Below are positions 9,121 through 20,129 of a DNA stretch of 64,000 nt, piece by piece. This DNA is from Hyalangium minutum (GTDB taxonomy: Bacteria; Myxococcota; Myxococcia; Myxococcales; Myxococcaceae): positions 62,001 to 126,000 of the forward strand of contig NZ_JMCB01000008.1 in assembly GCF_000737315.1 (NCBI RefSeq), read 5' to 3'. A model generated the notes under the pieces. It made no database searches. It was given only the letters and a program-made list of their open reading frames with translations, and was not told where the DNA came from. Position numbers and translations under genes: made by a program. Position 1 is the first letter of the stretch; every line of letters starts with the position of its first letter.

Positions 9121-10311
9121 TCACGACTTGTCACGGCGGAGGCGGGGTGTCCGGGCGGCCACCTTCTGCGAGGCCTGGCTGTTGGACAGGGGGATCTGCT
9201 CCACCACCGCCAGGGAGTAGCTCTCCAGACCCACGATCTTCTTGGGGTTGTTGGTGAGCAGACGCAGCCGGGCGAGGCCGAGATCCTTGAGGATCTGCGC
9301 CCCGACGCCGAACTCGCGCAGGCGGGTCTGGTCCGGCTTGCCCTTCACCACTTCCTCATTGGAGATGTGGGTGCACTGGAGCCGGGCCTTCGCCGGGACA
9401 TCCTTCTGAAGGTAGATGATGACGCCGCGGCCTGCGGCCTGGATGTGCTGGATGGCCTGTTCGAGCTGGCTGCCGCACTCGCACTGGCTGCTGCCCAACA
9501 GATCGCCCACCAGACAACCCCGGTGGACGCGGGTGAGCACAGGCTCCTTGCCGCGGATGTCGCCCTTCACCAGGGCCACGTGCACGGCCGAGTCCACGTC
9601 GCTGCCGTAGGTGTAGGCCTGGAAGGTGCCCGCGCCCCGGCGCTCCAGGGTGGAGGAGCCGATGCGCTTCACCAGCCGCTCGCGCTCCAAGCGGTAGCGG
9701 ATGATGTCCGCCACCGAGAGCAGCACCAGCTTGTGCTTCCGGGCGAACTTCACCAGGTCCGGCCTGCGGGCCATGGAGCCGTCGGCGTTCATGATCTCGC
9801 AGATGACGCCGAACGGAGACAGCCCCGCCATGCGCGCGAGGTCCACGCTGCCCTCGGTCTGCCCGGTGCGCACGAGCACGCCGCCATCGCGGGCGCGCAG
9901 GGGGAAGATGTGGCCGGGGCGCACGAGGTCTCCCGGCTTGGCGTTGGGAGCCACGGCGGCCTGGATGGTGCGGGCGCGGTCGGCGGCGGAGATGCCAGTG
10001 GTGACGCCTCGGGCGGCCTCGATGGAGACGGTGAAGGCCGTCTGGAAGGGCGAGGTGTTGTCCTGCACCATCAGCGGCAGGTTCAGCTTGCGGATGCGGT
10101 CCTCGGTGAGGGACAGGCAGATGAGCCCGCGCCCATAGGTGGCCATGAAGTTGATGGCCTCGGGAGTGGCCTTCTCGGCGGCCATGACGAGGTCGCCCTC
10201 GTTCTCGCGGTCCTCGTCATCCGTGAGGATGACCATGCGGCCCTTGCGGATCTCCGCGAGCGCCTTCTCCACCAGCTCGATGACGTTCGACTCCTTCGTC
10301 CCGCGCGCCAT
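9121..10311 (-). CDS. ribBA: DHBP synthase fused to a degenerate GTP cyclohydrolase II domain (RibBA/RibBX-like)
   Basis: [28 protein letters not shown] and GQTEGSVDL (RibB). The C-terminal domain keeps C-x10-C-x-C and LLTNNPKK but lacks QEGRGIG. Start ATG 10311. Confidence 0.88.
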   Translation of the reverse strand: MARGTKESNVIELVEKALAEIRKGRMVILTDDEDRENEGDLVMAAEKATPEAINFMATYGRGLICLSLTEDRIRKLNLPLMVQDNTSPFQTAFTVSIEAARGVTTGISAADRARTIQAAVAPNAKPGDLVRPGHIFPLRARDGGVLVRTGQTEGSVDLARMAGLSPFGVICEIMNADGSMARRPDLVKFARKHKLVLLSVADIIRYRLERERLVKRIGSSTLERRGAGTFQAYTYGSDVDSAVHVALVKGDIRGKEPVLTRVHRGCLVGDLLGSSQCECGSQLEQAIQHIQAAGRGVIIYLQKDVPAKARLQCTHISNEEVVKGKPDQTRLREFGVGAQILKDLGLARLRLLTNNPKKIVGLESYSLAVVEQIPLSNSQASQKVAARTPRLRRDKS

Positions 10312-10322
10312 GCTTGTGCTCC

Positions 10323-10973
10323 CTACCCTTTCGTCCCGAAGCCAGCGGCCTTGAGGGCCGCTTCGGTGAGCCCACTGGTGGGGCTCTGGCGCAGCGAGAA
10401 CAGCCGCGCCACGTACTTGCCGATCATGTCCGCTTCCAGGTTCACGCGCGAGCCCACGCTCTTGCCCTGCAGGGTGGTGCGCGCCTGGGTCTCGGGGATG
10501 AGCTGCACGGTGAAGCGGTCCGCGAGCACCGCGTTGACGGTGAGGCTGATGCCATCCACGGCCACCGAGCCCTTCTCGATGAAGAAGGGCGCCAGCTCGG
10601 TGGGCAGCCGGAAGGCCATGACCCACGAGCCGCCCTCGGGGCGCGTCTCGAGCACCTCGCTCACGGCGTCCACGTGGCCGGAGACCAGGTGCCCGCCCAG
10701 CCGATCTCCCAGCGCCAGCGCGCGCTCCAGGTTCACCTTGGAGCCGGGGCGCAGCGCGTCCATGGTGGTGCGCCGCAGTGTCTCGGGGGCGGCCTGGACC
10801 TTGAAGGTATCCCCACCCCGCTCCACCACCGTGAGGCATGCGCCATCCACGGAGATGGACTCGCCCAGAGCGAAGCTGCCGGCCCCGAGCGCCGTGCGGA
10901 TCCACAGGTCGGTCATCCCACCTGGGACGACACGCTCAACCACACCCACATCCTGAACGAGACCGGTGAACAT
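10323..10973 (-). CDS. ribE: Riboflavin synthase alpha chain
   Basis: [36 protein letters not shown]. Confidence 0.96.
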   Translation of the reverse strand: MFTGLVQDVGVVERVVPGGMTDLWIRTALGAGSFALGESISVDGACLTVVERGGDTFKVQAAPETLRRTTMDALRPGSKVNLERALALGDRLGGHLVSGHVDAVSEVLETRPEGGSWVMAFRLPTELAPFFIEKGSVAVDGISLTVNAVLADRFTVQLIPETQARTTLQGKSVGSRVNLEADMIGKYVARLFSLRQSPTSGLTEAALKAAGFGTKG

Positions 10974-10996
10974 CGGCGGGGCTTATAACGAATTCT

Positions 10997-12160
10997 TCAG
11001 AACCGCGCCTGAAGGAGCAGATCCTCTCCGAGCTGCTCGAAGGTGACGTCCTTCAACTGAAGGGCCTGGGACATGAGCTTCACGCCCAGCTCGCCCGACC
11101 AGGAGATGCCCTGGCTGCCAATCAGCTTGGGGGCCAGAAACAGGGCCAGCTCGTCCGCCAGCTTGTCGCGGAGGAAGGAGCCGTACATCTCCGCCCCACC
11201 CTCCACGAGCACGTGGTTGAGCCCTTGGCTGGAGATGTGGGCCAGCAAGGCCTTCAGGTCCACGCGACCGCGCTTCTCGCGCACCTGCCACACCTCCACG
11301 CCCTGCTCGATGAAGCGGCGGGCGTTGCGGCCGGTGGGATCCTCCAGCGTGGCCACCACGGTCTTCGCGGACGAGCGCTGGGTGAAGACGGTGTGCGAGG
11401 GCTTCAGGCTCAGCCGCGAGTCCACCACCACGCGCACCGGGTCCTTGCCACGGCCACTCGGCAGCCGGGTGGTGAGCTGCGGATCATCCTTCCGCACGGT
11501 ATTGGCGCCCACGAGGATGACGTCCACGCGATCGCGCAGGCGGTGGACCCATTCGCGCGCCACCGCGCCCGTCACCCAGCGCGAGTCGCCAGTAGCGGTC
11601 GCCAGCTTGCCATCGAGCGTCACCGCGGCCTTGAGCGTGACATAGGGCTTCCGGGTGCGGATGGCCTTGAAGAAGGGCCGGTTGAGGCGATCGGCTTCGG
11701 CCTTGAGGACGCCGGTGCGGACCTCGACCCCGGCGCGCCGCAGCCGGGCCACGCCCTTGCCGCTCACCAGCGGGTTGGGATCCGAGGACGCGCTGATGAC
11801 CCGGCGCACACCGGCCTCGAGGATGGCCAAGGTGCACGGAGGAGTACGCCCATAGTGGTTGCACGGCTCGAGCGTCGTGTAGAGGTCCGCGCCTCGGGCC
11901 CGAGGCCCTGCCGCAGCCAGTGCCATGACCTCGGCGTGCGCCTGGCCCGCGGGCTGGGTGTAGCCCTTCGCGATAATCCGTCCACCCTTCACCAGCACGG
12001 CGCCCACGGAGGGATTCGGGCTGGTACGGCCCAAGCCTTTGACGGCCTCTTCCAGGGCGATGCGCATGAAGAACTCGGCCACGGCCTGATCGAAGTCCGC
12101 GGCGCGCTTCGCCCGAGGGGCCCTGCTGGCCTTCAGCCGTGCCCGCGTCAGGAGCCTCAT
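10997..12160 (-). CDS. ribD: Riboflavin biosynthesis deaminase/reductase
   Basis: [37 protein letters not shown]. Confidence 0.96.
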   Translation of the reverse strand: MRLLTRARLKASRAPRAKRAADFDQAVAEFFMRIALEEAVKGLGRTSPNPSVGAVLVKGGRIIAKGYTQPAGQAHAEVMALAAAGPRARGADLYTTLEPCNHYGRTPPCTLAILEAGVRRVISASSDPNPLVSGKGVARLRRAGVEVRTGVLKAEADRLNRPFFKAIRTRKPYVTLKAAVTLDGKLATATGDSRWVTGAVAREWVHRLRDRVDVILVGANTVRKDDPQLTTRLPSGRGKDPVRVVVDSRLSLKPSHTVFTQRSSAKTVVATLEDPTGRNARRFIEQGVEVWQVREKRGRVDLKALLAHISSQGLNHVLVEGGAEMYGSFLRDKLADELALFLAPKLIGSQGISWSGELGVKLMSQALQLKDVTFEQLGEDLLLQARF

Positions 12161-12663
12161 AACGGCTGGCCCCCCTTGCCGGTCTGGGGCTTGTTGGGCC
12201 GGCCTTCCTTGGACTGGTCCGCGAGCTCTTGCAGCTCGTTCATGAACTCGGCGATGTCGCGGAAGCTCCGGTACACGGAGGCAAAGCGCACATAGGCGAC
12301 CTCATCCAGGACGCGCAGCCGCCGCATCACCTCTTCACCGATGACGCTGGAGGCGACCTCCTTCTCGCCCATGCCCTGCAGCAGCCGCTCGATGTCCTCC
12401 ACGGTCTGCTCGACCTGATCGGCGGACACGGGCCGCTTCTCGCAGGCCTTCTTCAGGCCGTTGACGATCTTCTCCCGATCGAACGCCTCGCGCCGGCCGT
12501 CCTTCTTCACGATGAGCGGATAGAGCTCCTCCACCCGCTCGTACGTGGTGAAGCGCCGCTTGCACTGCAAGCACTCACGGCGCCGGCGGATCACCGATCC
12601 TTCATGCGACTCGCGCGAGTCGATGACCTTGTTCTCGGTGTCCTGGCAGAAGGGGCAGCGCAT
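12157..12663 (-). CDS. nrdR: Transcriptional repressor NrdR
   Basis: MRCPFC...[21 protein letters not shown] cone, [11 protein letters not shown]. Confidence 0.97.
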   Translation of the reverse strand: MRCPFCQDTENKVIDSRESHEGSVIRRRRECLQCKRRFTTYERVEELYPLIVKKDGRREAFDREKIVNGLKKACEKRPVSADQVEQTVEDIERLLQGMGEKEVASSVIGEEVMRRLRVLDEVAYVRFASVYRSFRDIAEFMNELQELADQSKEGRPNKPQTGKGGQPL

Positions 12664-12688
12664 CGGGGGATGAAGCGGAGCTCAGACC

Positions 12689-13945
12689 TTACTTCAACCG
12701 CGAGGCATACAGCGGGAAGGACTTCGTCAGCTCCTTCACCTTGCCACGGACGTGCGCCAGGTGAGCCTCGTCGGAAGCGTGATCCAGCGCCTCGCCGATG
12801 AGCTGGCCGACGATGGCCATCTCGGCCTCCTTCATGCCGCGGGTGGTAATGGCGGGGGTGCCCACGCGGACGCCGGAGGCCACCGTGGGCTTCTCCGGGT
12901 CGAAGGGGATCATGTTCTTGTTCACGGTGATGCCGGCCTTGTCCAGCACCTCCTCGGCCACCTTGCCGGTGATCTTCTTGGGGCGCAGGTCCACCAGCAT
13001 GAGGTGGTTGTCCGTGCCACCCGAGCACAGGCGCAGGCCCGCCTTCTGGAGCGCCTCGGCCAGGGCCTTGGCGTTGGCGACGATCTGCCGCTGGTAGGCC
13101 TTGAACTCGGGGGTGAGCGCCTCGCGGAAGGCCACGGCCTTGGCGGCGATGACGTGCATCAGCGGACCGCCCTGGATGCCCGGGAAGATCTGGCTGTTGA
13201 CCGTCTTGGCGTACTGCTCCTTGCACAAGATGAGGCCGCCACGAGGGCCGCGCAGCGTCTTGTGCGTGGTGGAGGTGACGAACTCCGCCAGGGGCACCGG
13301 CGAGGGGTGAATGCCTGCGGCCACCAGGCCGGCGATGTGGGCCATGTCCACCATCATCGCGGCGCCCACGCTGTCGGCGATCTCGCGGAACTTGGCGAAG
13401 TCGAGGGTGCGCGGGTACGCGCTGGCGCCTACGACGATGACGCGCGGCTTGTGCTCCTGGGCCAGCGAGGCCACCTGGGCGAAGTCGATCGTCTCCGTGT
13501 CGCGGGTGAGCCCGTAGTGGACCACCTTGTAGAGCTTGCCGGAGAAGTTGAAGGCAGCGCCGTGGGTGAGGTGGCCGCCGGAGTTCAGGTCCAGCGACAG
13601 CATGGTGTCACCGGGCTTCATCAGCGCCATGTAGGCGCCCATGTTGGCCTGGCTGCCGGAGTGGGGCTGGACGTTGGCGGCCTCGGCGCCGAACAGCTCC
13701 TTGACGCGGTTGATGGCCAGGTTCTCGGCCACATCCACCACCTCGCAGCCGCCGTAGTAGCGCTTGCCCGGGTAGCCCTCGGCGTACTTGTTGGTGAGCA
13801 CCGAGCCCACGGCCGTCATCACCGCCGGGCTGACGAAGTTCTCCGAGGCGATGAGCTCCAGTCCCTGCTCCTGGCGCTCCGTCTCCTGACGGACGACCTG
13901 GGCGATCTCGGGATCAACCTCTGCCAGCGTACGGGTGTTCTCCAT
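12689..13945 (-). CDS. glyA: Serine hydroxymethyltransferase
   Basis: [36 protein letters not shown]. Confidence 0.98.
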   Translation of the reverse strand: MENTRTLAEVDPEIAQVVRQETERQEQGLELIASENFVSPAVMTAVGSVLTNKYAEGYPGKRYYGGCEVVDVAENLAINRVKELFGAEAANVQPHSGSQANMGAYMALMKPGDTMLSLDLNSGGHLTHGAAFNFSGKLYKVVHYGLTRDTETIDFAQVASLAQEHKPRVIVVGASAYPRTLDFAKFREIADSVGAAMMVDMAHIAGLVAAGIHPSPVPLAEFVTSTTHKTLRGPRGGLILCKEQYAKTVNSQIFPGIQGGPLMHVIAAKAVAFREALTPEFKAYQRQIVANAKALAEALQKAGLRLCSGGTDNHLMLVDLRPKKITGKVAEEVLDKAGITVNKNMIPFDPEKPTVASGVRVGTPAITTRGMKEAEMAIVGQLIGEALDHASDEAHLAHVRGKVKELTKSFPLYASRLK

Positions 13946-13980
13946 GGGGTGCCTCGACAGGTGAGAGGTTCAGATGGGCC

Positions 13981-14424
13981 TTAGCGCTCGGACTCAGCCT
14001 CGCGGATCTTCTGGACGCGCTGCTCGTGCCGGCCGCCCGCGAAGGGGGTGGCCAGGAAGGCCTCGAGGATGGCCTGGGCAACACCGGAGCCCACCACCCG
14101 CTGCCCCAGGCACAGCACGTTGGCGTCATTGTGAGCGCGGGCCATCCGCGCCTCATACTCGGTGGTGCACAGGGCGGCGCGCACGCCCTTGTACTTGTTG
14201 GCCACGATGCTCATGCCGATGCCCGTGCCGCACACCAGCACGCCGTGGGTGTACTGCCCGGCGGCGACTGCGCGAGCCACCCGGGTGGCGAAGTCCGGGT
14301 AGTCCACGGACTCGCGTGAGGTGGGGCCCACGTCCTCGAAGGCAACACCGCGCTCCCGGAGCCCGTCCACCAGCGCCTGGCGGAGCTCGAGCCCCGCGTG
14401 GTCGGATGCCAGGATGATCTTCAC
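13981..14424 (-). CDS. rpiB: Ribose-5-phosphate isomerase B
   Basis: ASDHAG, VDYPD, LVCGTGIGMSIVANK, HNDANVL, GGRHEQRV. Confidence 0.96.
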   Translation of the reverse strand: MKIILASDHAGLELRQALVDGLRERGVAFEDVGPTSRESVDYPDFATRVARAVAAGQYTHGVLVCGTGIGMSIVANKYKGVRAALCTTEYEARMARAHNDANVLCLGQRVVGSGVAQAILEAFLATPFAGGRHEQRVQKIREAESER

Positions 14425-14454
14425 GCGGGGCTCCTCCCTGGGGAGCGGAACGCT

Positions 14455-15711
14455 CTACTTGAAGCGCCGGAACAGCAGCACCGCGTTGGTGCCACCGAAG
14501 CCGAACGAGTTGCTCATGGCCGCATCGACCCGGATCTCGCGCGGCTGGTTCGGCACGTAGTCCAGATCGCACTCCGGGTCAGGCGTGGTGTAGTTGATGG
14601 TCGGGGGCAGCACGCCGCGCAGCAGGGCCAGCACACTGACGACGGCCTCGGCGCCACCGGCCGCGCCGAGCATGTGCCCAGTCATCGACTTGGTGGAGGA
14701 CACGGCCACCTTCTTGGCGTGCGCGCCAAAGACGGCCTTGATGGCCTTGGACTCGTTGGCGTCGTTGTACGGGGTAGAGGTGCCGTGGGCGTTGATGTAG
14801 CCCACCTCCTCCGGGTTGAGCCCCGACGAGGCCAGCGCCAGGCGCATGCAGCGGGCCGCGCCCTCGCCCTCGGGGGCCGGCGCGGTGACGTGGTTGGCGT
14901 CCGAGTTGGCGCCGTAGCCCACCAGCTCCGCGAGGATGGTGGCGCCGCGCTTCTTGGCCGACTCCAGCTCCTCCAGGATGACGATGCCGGCGCCCTCACC
15001 CATCACGAAGCCATCACGGTCCTTGTCGAACGGGCGGCTGGCGGCGGAGGGGTTGTCGTTGTGCGTGGACAGCGCCTTCATCACCGAGAAGCCACCCATG
15101 CCCAGCGGGGTGATGGCGGCCTCGGCGCCACCGGCGATCACCGCGTCACACTCGCCCAGGCGGATGGACTTCCAGGCCTCGCCAATGGCATGGGCGCTGG
15201 TGGCGCAGGCGGACACCGGGGACCAGTTGGGACCCTTGGCGCCGTACCGGATGGAGATCAGCCCGGGCGCCATGTTGATGATCATCTGAATGATGAAGAA
15301 GGGCGACAGCCGGTCAAACCCCTTCTCCAGGCCCTTCTTGTGCTGCTCCTCGAGCGAAGCGATGCCGCCAATGCCCGAACCGACGATGACGCCAACGCGC
15401 TCCTGCTGGTAGCCGTGCGGCTTGTCCGTGCCGATGGGAAGGCCGCTCTCCTTCACGGCCATCTCGGCGGCGGCCACCGCGTACTGGGCGAACAGGTCCA
15501 TCCGGCGCACTTCGCGCTTGTCCATGTACTGCTCGGGGACGAAGTCCTTCACCTCACCCGCGAACCGCGTGTCGAGCTTGCCGACATCGAAGCGGGTGAT
15601 GGGCGCGATGCCCGACTTACCGGCGAGCATCGCCTGCCAGTTCTTCTCGGTCCCGGTACCCAGTGCCGTGATCAACCCGGTACCCGTGACGACGACTCGA
15701 CGGTTTGACAC
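14455..15711 (-). CDS. fabF: 3-oxoacyl-ACP synthase II
   Basis: [45 protein letters not shown] 15711 is preceded by GGAGAGG. Confidence 0.96.
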   Translation of the reverse strand: MSNRRVVVTGTGLITALGTGTEKNWQAMLAGKSGIAPITRFDVGKLDTRFAGEVKDFVPEQYMDKREVRRMDLFAQYAVAAAEMAVKESGLPIGTDKPHGYQQERVGVIVGSGIGGIASLEEQHKKGLEKGFDRLSPFFIIQMIINMAPGLISIRYGAKGPNWSPVSACATSAHAIGEAWKSIRLGECDAVIAGGAEAAITPLGMGGFSVMKALSTHNDNPSAASRPFDKDRDGFVMGEGAGIVILEELESAKKRGATILAELVGYGANSDANHVTAPAPEGEGAARCMRLALASSGLNPEEVGYINAHGTSTPYNDANESKAIKAVFGAHAKKVAVSSTKSMTGHMLGAAGGAEAVVSVLALLRGVLPPTINYTTPDPECDLDYVPNQPREIRVDAAMSNSFGFGGTNAVLLFRRFK

Positions 15712-15803
15712 GTTCCTCTCCAACAGGGTGGCTGCAACGACAGCGCGCGCGGCCACGGGAACGCTGGAGGCCAGCGTTCCTCCGGCCCGGCCACGCAAAC
15801 GCC

Positions 15804-16055
15804 TTACTTCTTATCGTTCTTGTGGGTGTTGATGTAGTTGACGGCGTCAGCGACGGTCTTGATGTTCTCGGCCTCCTCGTCGGGGATCTCGACCTCGAAC
15901 TCCTCCTCCATCGCCATCACGAGCTCCACGATGTCGAGGCTGTCGGCGCCAAGGTCCTCAATAAAGGAGGACTCGGGCTTGATCTCCTCCTCCCCCACCC
16001 CGAGCTGGTCGGCGATGATGGACTTGACCTTGGACTCGATAGTTGCGTTCGACAT
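15804..16055 (-). CDS. acpP: Acyl carrier protein
   Basis: [20 protein letters not shown] phosphopantetheine motif; ATG 16055. Confidence 0.97.
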   Translation of the reverse strand: MSNATIESKVKSIIADQLGVGEEEIKPESSFIEDLGADSLDIVELVMAMEEEFEVEIPDEEAENIKTVADAVNYINTHKNDKK

Positions 16056-16124
16056 AAGTGCTGAATCCTCCAGGAACCATGTGGGGGCCCGCCCTACTTC
16101 CCGGGCCCAATCAAAGGCGGGCGC

Positions 16125-16153
16125 GGTATATCCCACGACCGCCAGCAATCCAA
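16125..16153 (-). promoter_or_regulatory. Possible internal sigma70 promoter for acpP
   Basis: Minus strand TTGGAT-N17-TATACC in the fabG-acpP gap. Confidence 0.4.
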
Positions 16154-16160
16154 CCGTGGG

Positions 16161-16907
16161 CTACATGTACATGCCGCCATTCACCTTCAGGACTTCTCCG
16201 GTGATGTAGGCGGCCGAATCGCTGGCCAGGAATACCACAGCGTTGGCCACCTCTTCCGGGGTGCCCAGACGGGCCAGCGGAATGGTCTCCACCATCTTCT
16301 TACGCATCTCGTCATTGATGCTCGCCGTCATGTCCGTGCCAATGAAGCCCGGAGAGACAGCGTTGACGCGGATGTTGCGGCTGGCCAGTTCCTTGGCCAC
16401 CGACTTGGTCAGGCCAATGAGGCCCGCCTTGGAGGCGGAGTAAGCGGCCTGTCCCCCATTGCCCGACTCGCCGACAATGGAGGTGAGGTTGATGATGGCC
16501 CCGCTGCGCTGCTTCATCATCGGCCGGCTGGCGGCGCGGATGAGCGCAAAGGCGCCCTTGAGGTTGGTGTCCAACTGCTTGTCCCAGTCCTCGTCCTTCA
16601 TCCGCATGACCAGGCCGTCCACGGCCACGCCCGCGTTGTTGACGAGCACGTCCAGCCGGCCGTGCGTCTTGACGAGGGTATCCACGGCGGAGGCGCACGC
16701 GGCGGTGTCCGCCACGTCGAACTTCACGGCCTCGGCCTTGGCGCCCGCCTCCTGGACGAGCTTGACCGACTCCTGAGCCGCCGCCTCGTTGCCGGCATAG
16801 TTGACGACGACCACGGCAGCGCCCGCCTTGGCGAACGCCACCGCGCACGCCCGGCCAATGCCGCGCGAGCCACCGGTTACCAGAACCACCTTGTCCTTGA
16901 AGCTCAT
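16161..16907 (-). CDS. fabG: 3-oxoacyl-ACP reductase
   Basis: TGGSRGIG, VNNAG, YSASK (YxxxK), NAVSPGFI. ATG 16907 overlaps the fabD stop. Confidence 0.96.
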   Translation of the reverse strand: MSFKDKVVLVTGGSRGIGRACAVAFAKAGAAVVVVNYAGNEAAAQESVKLVQEAGAKAEAVKFDVADTAACASAVDTLVKTHGRLDVLVNNAGVAVDGLVMRMKDEDWDKQLDTNLKGAFALIRAASRPMMKQRSGAIINLTSIVGESGNGGQAAYSASKAGLIGLTKSVAKELASRNIRVNAVSPGFIGTDMTASINDEMRKKMVETIPLARLGTPEEVANAVVFLASDSAAYITGEVLKVNGGMYM

Positions 16908-17842
16908 GCTGCCCCCAGCGCCGCCAGCGTCTTCTCGAGGCTCGCGGCGTCTTCGACGTTGAACGTCTCGATGTCCTTGCTGATGCGCTTGACGAGCCCG
17001 GCCAGCACCTTGCCCGGCCCCAGCTCCACCACGCGCGTCACTCCTGCGGCCTTGAGGGCCTCCACGCACTCGATCCAGCGGACCGGCGCGCTGACCTGCT
17101 CCAGCAGCAGCGGCACCACGCGGGCGGCGTCGCTGTTGGGCTGGGCCTCCACGTTGGTCACCACAGGAATGCGAGGCGCGGCCACCTTCACCTTGCCGAG
17201 CGCCTCGGCCAGCAGGGGTTTCACCGAATCCATCAGCGCGCAGTGGAAAGGCGCGGACACCGGCAGGGGCATCACGCGCTTGGCGCCCGCCTCCTTGAGC
17301 ATGACTGAGGCGCGGGACACCGCAGAAGCATGGCCGGCGATGACCGTCTGCTCGGGCGAGTTGTAGTTGGCAGGAGCCACCACCTCGCCCTGCGCCGCCG
17401 CATCACAGGCCGCCTTCACCTTGTCCGGCTCCAGGCCCAGCACGGCCGCCATGGCGCCGACACCTGAAGGCACGGCCTCCTGCATGAAGGTGCCACGGGC
17501 ACGAACGGCCCGGACGGCATCCGCCAGCGGCAGCGAGCTCGCGGCCACCAGCGCCGAGTACTCCCCGAGCGAGTGCCCGGCGACGAAGGCGGGCTCCTGC
17601 ACGCGCTTGGAGAACACCGCATGCACGGCCAGAGACACGGTGAGGATCGCCGGCTGGGTGTTGGCGGTGAGCTTCAGCGCCTCCTCGGGCCCCTCGAAGC
17701 ACAGGGTGGACAGCTTCTCACGCAGCGCATCGTCCACAGCCTCGAAGACAGCGCGGGCCTCGGGGAACTTCTCGAGCAGGTCCTTCCCCATGCCCACCTT
17801 CTGGCTGCCCTGGCCGGGGAAGACGAAAGCAATCTTCGACAT
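16904..17842 (-). CDS. fabD: Malonyl-CoA:ACP transacylase
   Basis: FPGQGSQ, GHSLGE, VSAPFHC. Confidence 0.97.
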   Translation of the reverse strand: MSKIAFVFPGQGSQKVGMGKDLLEKFPEARAVFEAVDDALREKLSTLCFEGPEEALKLTANTQPAILTVSLAVHAVFSKRVQEPAFVAGHSLGEYSALVAASSLPLADAVRAVRARGTFMQEAVPSGVGAMAAVLGLEPDKVKAACDAAAQGEVVAPANYNSPEQTVIAGHASAVSRASVMLKEAGAKRVMPLPVSAPFHCALMDSVKPLLAEALGKVKVAAPRIPVVTNVEAQPNSDAARVVPLLLEQVSAPVRWIECVEALKAAGVTRVVELGPGKVLAGLVKRISKDIETFNVEDAASLEKTLAALGAA

Positions 17843-17874
17843 GTGTCCTCAAACCCTCCCTGACTGCTCTGGGG

Positions 17875-18858
17875 TCACCAGCGCACGACGGCGCTGCCCC
17901 ATGCCATCCCCGCTCCCACCGCCATGATGGCGACGAGGTCCCCGCGCTTGATCTTTCCAGCACGGACGGCCTCATCCAATGCAATGGGCACCGAGGCGGC
18001 GGACGTGTTGCCGTATTTATCGAGGTTGATCCAGCACTTCTCGATCGGGATCTCGATGCGCTGGAGCACCGCCTCGAGGATGCGCATGTTGGCCTGGTGG
18101 ACGATGACGTAATCCACCTGCTGGGGCGTGTAGCCGTGAACCTTGAGCGACTCCAGCGTGATGCCTGTCAGCTCACGCACGGCGCACTTGAAGACCTCGC
18201 GGCCGTTCATGACCACCTTGTGGCGCTGCTCGCGGAGGTTGTCCTCGGTCAGCGGCTCTCGGGAGCCGCCCGCGGGGACGGTGAGGATCTCCGCCAGCGT
18301 GCCGTCCGTGCGCAGGTGGGTGGAGAGGATGCCGCGCCCCTCCTCCTGGGCAGGCGCCAGGACCATGGCCCCGGCCCCGTCGCCAAAGAGGACACAGGTG
18401 TTGCGGTCCTTCCAGTTGAGCAGGCCGGTGAACAGGTCCGCGCCGATCACGAGCGCCCGCTTCGCCTGCCCCGAGCGGACGAACTGCTCCGCCACCGACA
18501 GGGCGTACACCGAGCCCGCGCACGCGGCGGCCACATCGAAGGCAAACGCCTTCTTGGCCCCCAGCTTCGCCTGAACGAGCACCGCGCAGGACGGCATGGG
18601 CATGTCTGGCGTGATGGTCCCCACCACGATCAGATCGATGTCCTCGGGGGCGACCCCGGCCATCTCCAGCGCCTTGCGAGCGGCAGCGACGGCCATGTCG
18701 CTTGTCGCCTCGCCGGGTGCGGCTCTGCGACGCTCCTTGATGCCCGTCCGCTCGGTAATCCAAGCGTCGGACGTATCGACGACCTTCTCGAGATCGTGAT
18801 TGGTAATGACCTGGGCTGGAGCGTAGGAACCCGTTCCGATGATCTGCGCGAGGGGCAC
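17875..18858 (-). CDS. fabH: 3-oxoacyl-ACP synthase III
   Basis: AACAG, FGDGAGA, HQAN, GNTSAAS. Confidence 0.96.
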   Translation of the reverse strand: MPLAQIIGTGSYAPAQVITNHDLEKVVDTSDAWITERTGIKERRRAAPGEATSDMAVAAARKALEMAGVAPEDIDLIVVGTITPDMPMPSCAVLVQAKLGAKKAFAFDVAAACAGSVYALSVAEQFVRSGQAKRALVIGADLFTGLLNWKDRNTCVLFGDGAGAMVLAPAQEEGRGILSTHLRTDGTLAEILTVPAGGSREPLTEDNLREQRHKVVMNGREVFKCAVRELTGITLESLKVHGYTPQQVDYVIVHQANMRILEAVLQRIEIPIEKCWINLDKYGNTSAASVPIALDEAVRAGKIKRGDLVAIMAVGAGMAWGSAVVRW

Positions 18859-19080
18859 GTGGTACTCCCGAAGTGTCGTCGGAACACAACGCCGAGCGCG
18901 GCGTCTCTAATCGGAAATACCGCCCACTGTCGCTCTTTTTCCTATCTGGTCAGCGGGCGGCCGAGCAGCGCCCGGCAACGTAGCGAGCCTCCCTGACACC
19001 CGGCGGCGCGCCCCAGAGTGGGCACACCCGACGGACTTCACGGGAGGACATAGCCATGCCCGGACGCCGCGAGCGTTGCG

Positions 19081-19100
19081 CGGCGCGGCGCGGCGCGGCG
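19081..19100. repeat. (CGGCG)x4 short tandem repeat in the rpmF-fabH gap
   Basis: Read directly: cggcgcggcgcggcgcggcg. Confidence 0.8.
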
Positions 19101-19129
19101 AGCAGACCTCAGGATAAACGGGCAGCGTT

Positions 19130-19156
19130 CCTGGGCGGGCTCGAGGCCCGCCCAGG
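19130..19156 (-). terminator. 11-bp GC hairpin downstream of rpmF (no U-tract; terminator or stabiliser)
   Basis: CCTGGGCGGGC-tcgag-GCCCGCCCAGG. Confidence 0.45.
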
Positions 19157-19183
19157 CGAGGAGGAGCCTGGAAGGCGCCTCAC

Positions 19184-19366
19184 CTACTCCGTGGCGATGA
19201 CTTCACGGCCACCATAGTTACCGCAGGCGGCGCAGGCGCGGTGCGGCAGCACCGGCTCCTTGCACTTGGCGCACTTGATGACCTGCACGGCGGAGCGCAG
19301 GTTGTTGTTGGCCGCGCGACGGCGATCCCGGCGCATCTTCGACGTCCGCTTCTTGGGAACTCCCAC
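19184..19366 (-). CDS. rpmF: 50S ribosomal protein L32
   Basis: MGVPKKRTSKMRRDRRR...CAKC...HRACAACGNY. Confidence 0.97.
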   Translation of the reverse strand: MGVPKKRTSKMRRDRRRAANNNLRSAVQVIKCAKCKEPVLPHRACAACGNYGGREVIATE

Positions 19367-19375
19367 GACTCACCT

Positions 19376-19966
19376 CTAGTTCAGCTTGATGTTCATGAGC
19401 GGCGCGAGCCGAGGGTCGATGACCTTCGTCTCGCAACCACACTGCTTCTCGTTGAGGTTCTGGCCACACTGCGCGCAGAGCCCCTTGCAGTCCTCACGGC
19501 AGACTGCGTTCATCGGGAGGGCGAGCAATACCTGCTCTCGGATGATCGGATCCAGATCGATCGTCTTGCCGTCGAACACTTCCTCGTCGGCATCCTCCAA
19601 CTCAAAGGAACCGGCCGTCTCCCCCTGCCCGCGATCATCGTCCGTCGCCTTCTCGCCCCCCACGTCATCACCCCGGACGAGCGACTCAGGGACCAGGTTG
19701 ATCGTGAAGGCCACGGGCAGGTCCAGCGTCACGTCCACGAGGCAGCGCTTGCACGGCGCGGCCATATGGGCCGTGAACTTCCCCTCCACCAGCACTCCGC
19801 CGCTCACCTTCCGCAAGGACGCATGAAGCGTCGAGGGACGGGTCGCCCGGAAGCCGGTGTCCCGGCCAGCCCCTGCCCCAGTGAGTACCTCCTGGAGCAG
19901 CTCGAGACCGATGGGCTCATCCAGCTTGAGCCCCGGCTCTTGAATTTGTTCAATCTTTACGAGCAT
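19376..19966 (-). CDS. yceD: YceD/DUF177 family protein
   Basis: PCKRCL, IDLDPIIREQVLLALP, CREDCKGLCAQCGQNLN, DPRLAPL; canonical position upstream of rpmF. Confidence 0.92.
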   Translation of the reverse strand: MLVKIEQIQEPGLKLDEPIGLELLQEVLTGAGAGRDTGFRATRPSTLHASLRKVSGGVLVEGKFTAHMAAPCKRCLVDVTLDLPVAFTINLVPESLVRGDDVGGEKATDDDRGQGETAGSFELEDADEEVFDGKTIDLDPIIREQVLLALPMNAVCREDCKGLCAQCGQNLNEKQCGCETKVIDPRLAPLMNIKLN

Positions 19967-19995
19967 CTACAAGGCGTCCAGACAAAAGGGCGCGC

Positions 19996-20024
19996 AACAT
20001 AGAGGGGCACCCCCCAAAAGTCAA
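19996..20024 (-). promoter_or_regulatory. Sigma70-type promoter of the yceD-rpmF-fab run
   Basis: Minus strand TTGACT-N17-TATGTT about 30 bp upstream of the yceD ATG. Confidence 0.75.
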
Positions 20025-20129
20025 CGCGCCTCCGTTGATGAAAAAACACGGTGGATTTCACCCGGCCGTGACCCGGCCCTGGGCACCTTCCGTGGATCCT
20101 CCTAATAACGCTCTGGTACCGTCCATGTA

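Noticed and set aside
12160-12700. FMN riboswitch upstream of the rib genes
   Set aside because: ribD overlaps nrdR directly; no leader space and no RFN consensus seen.
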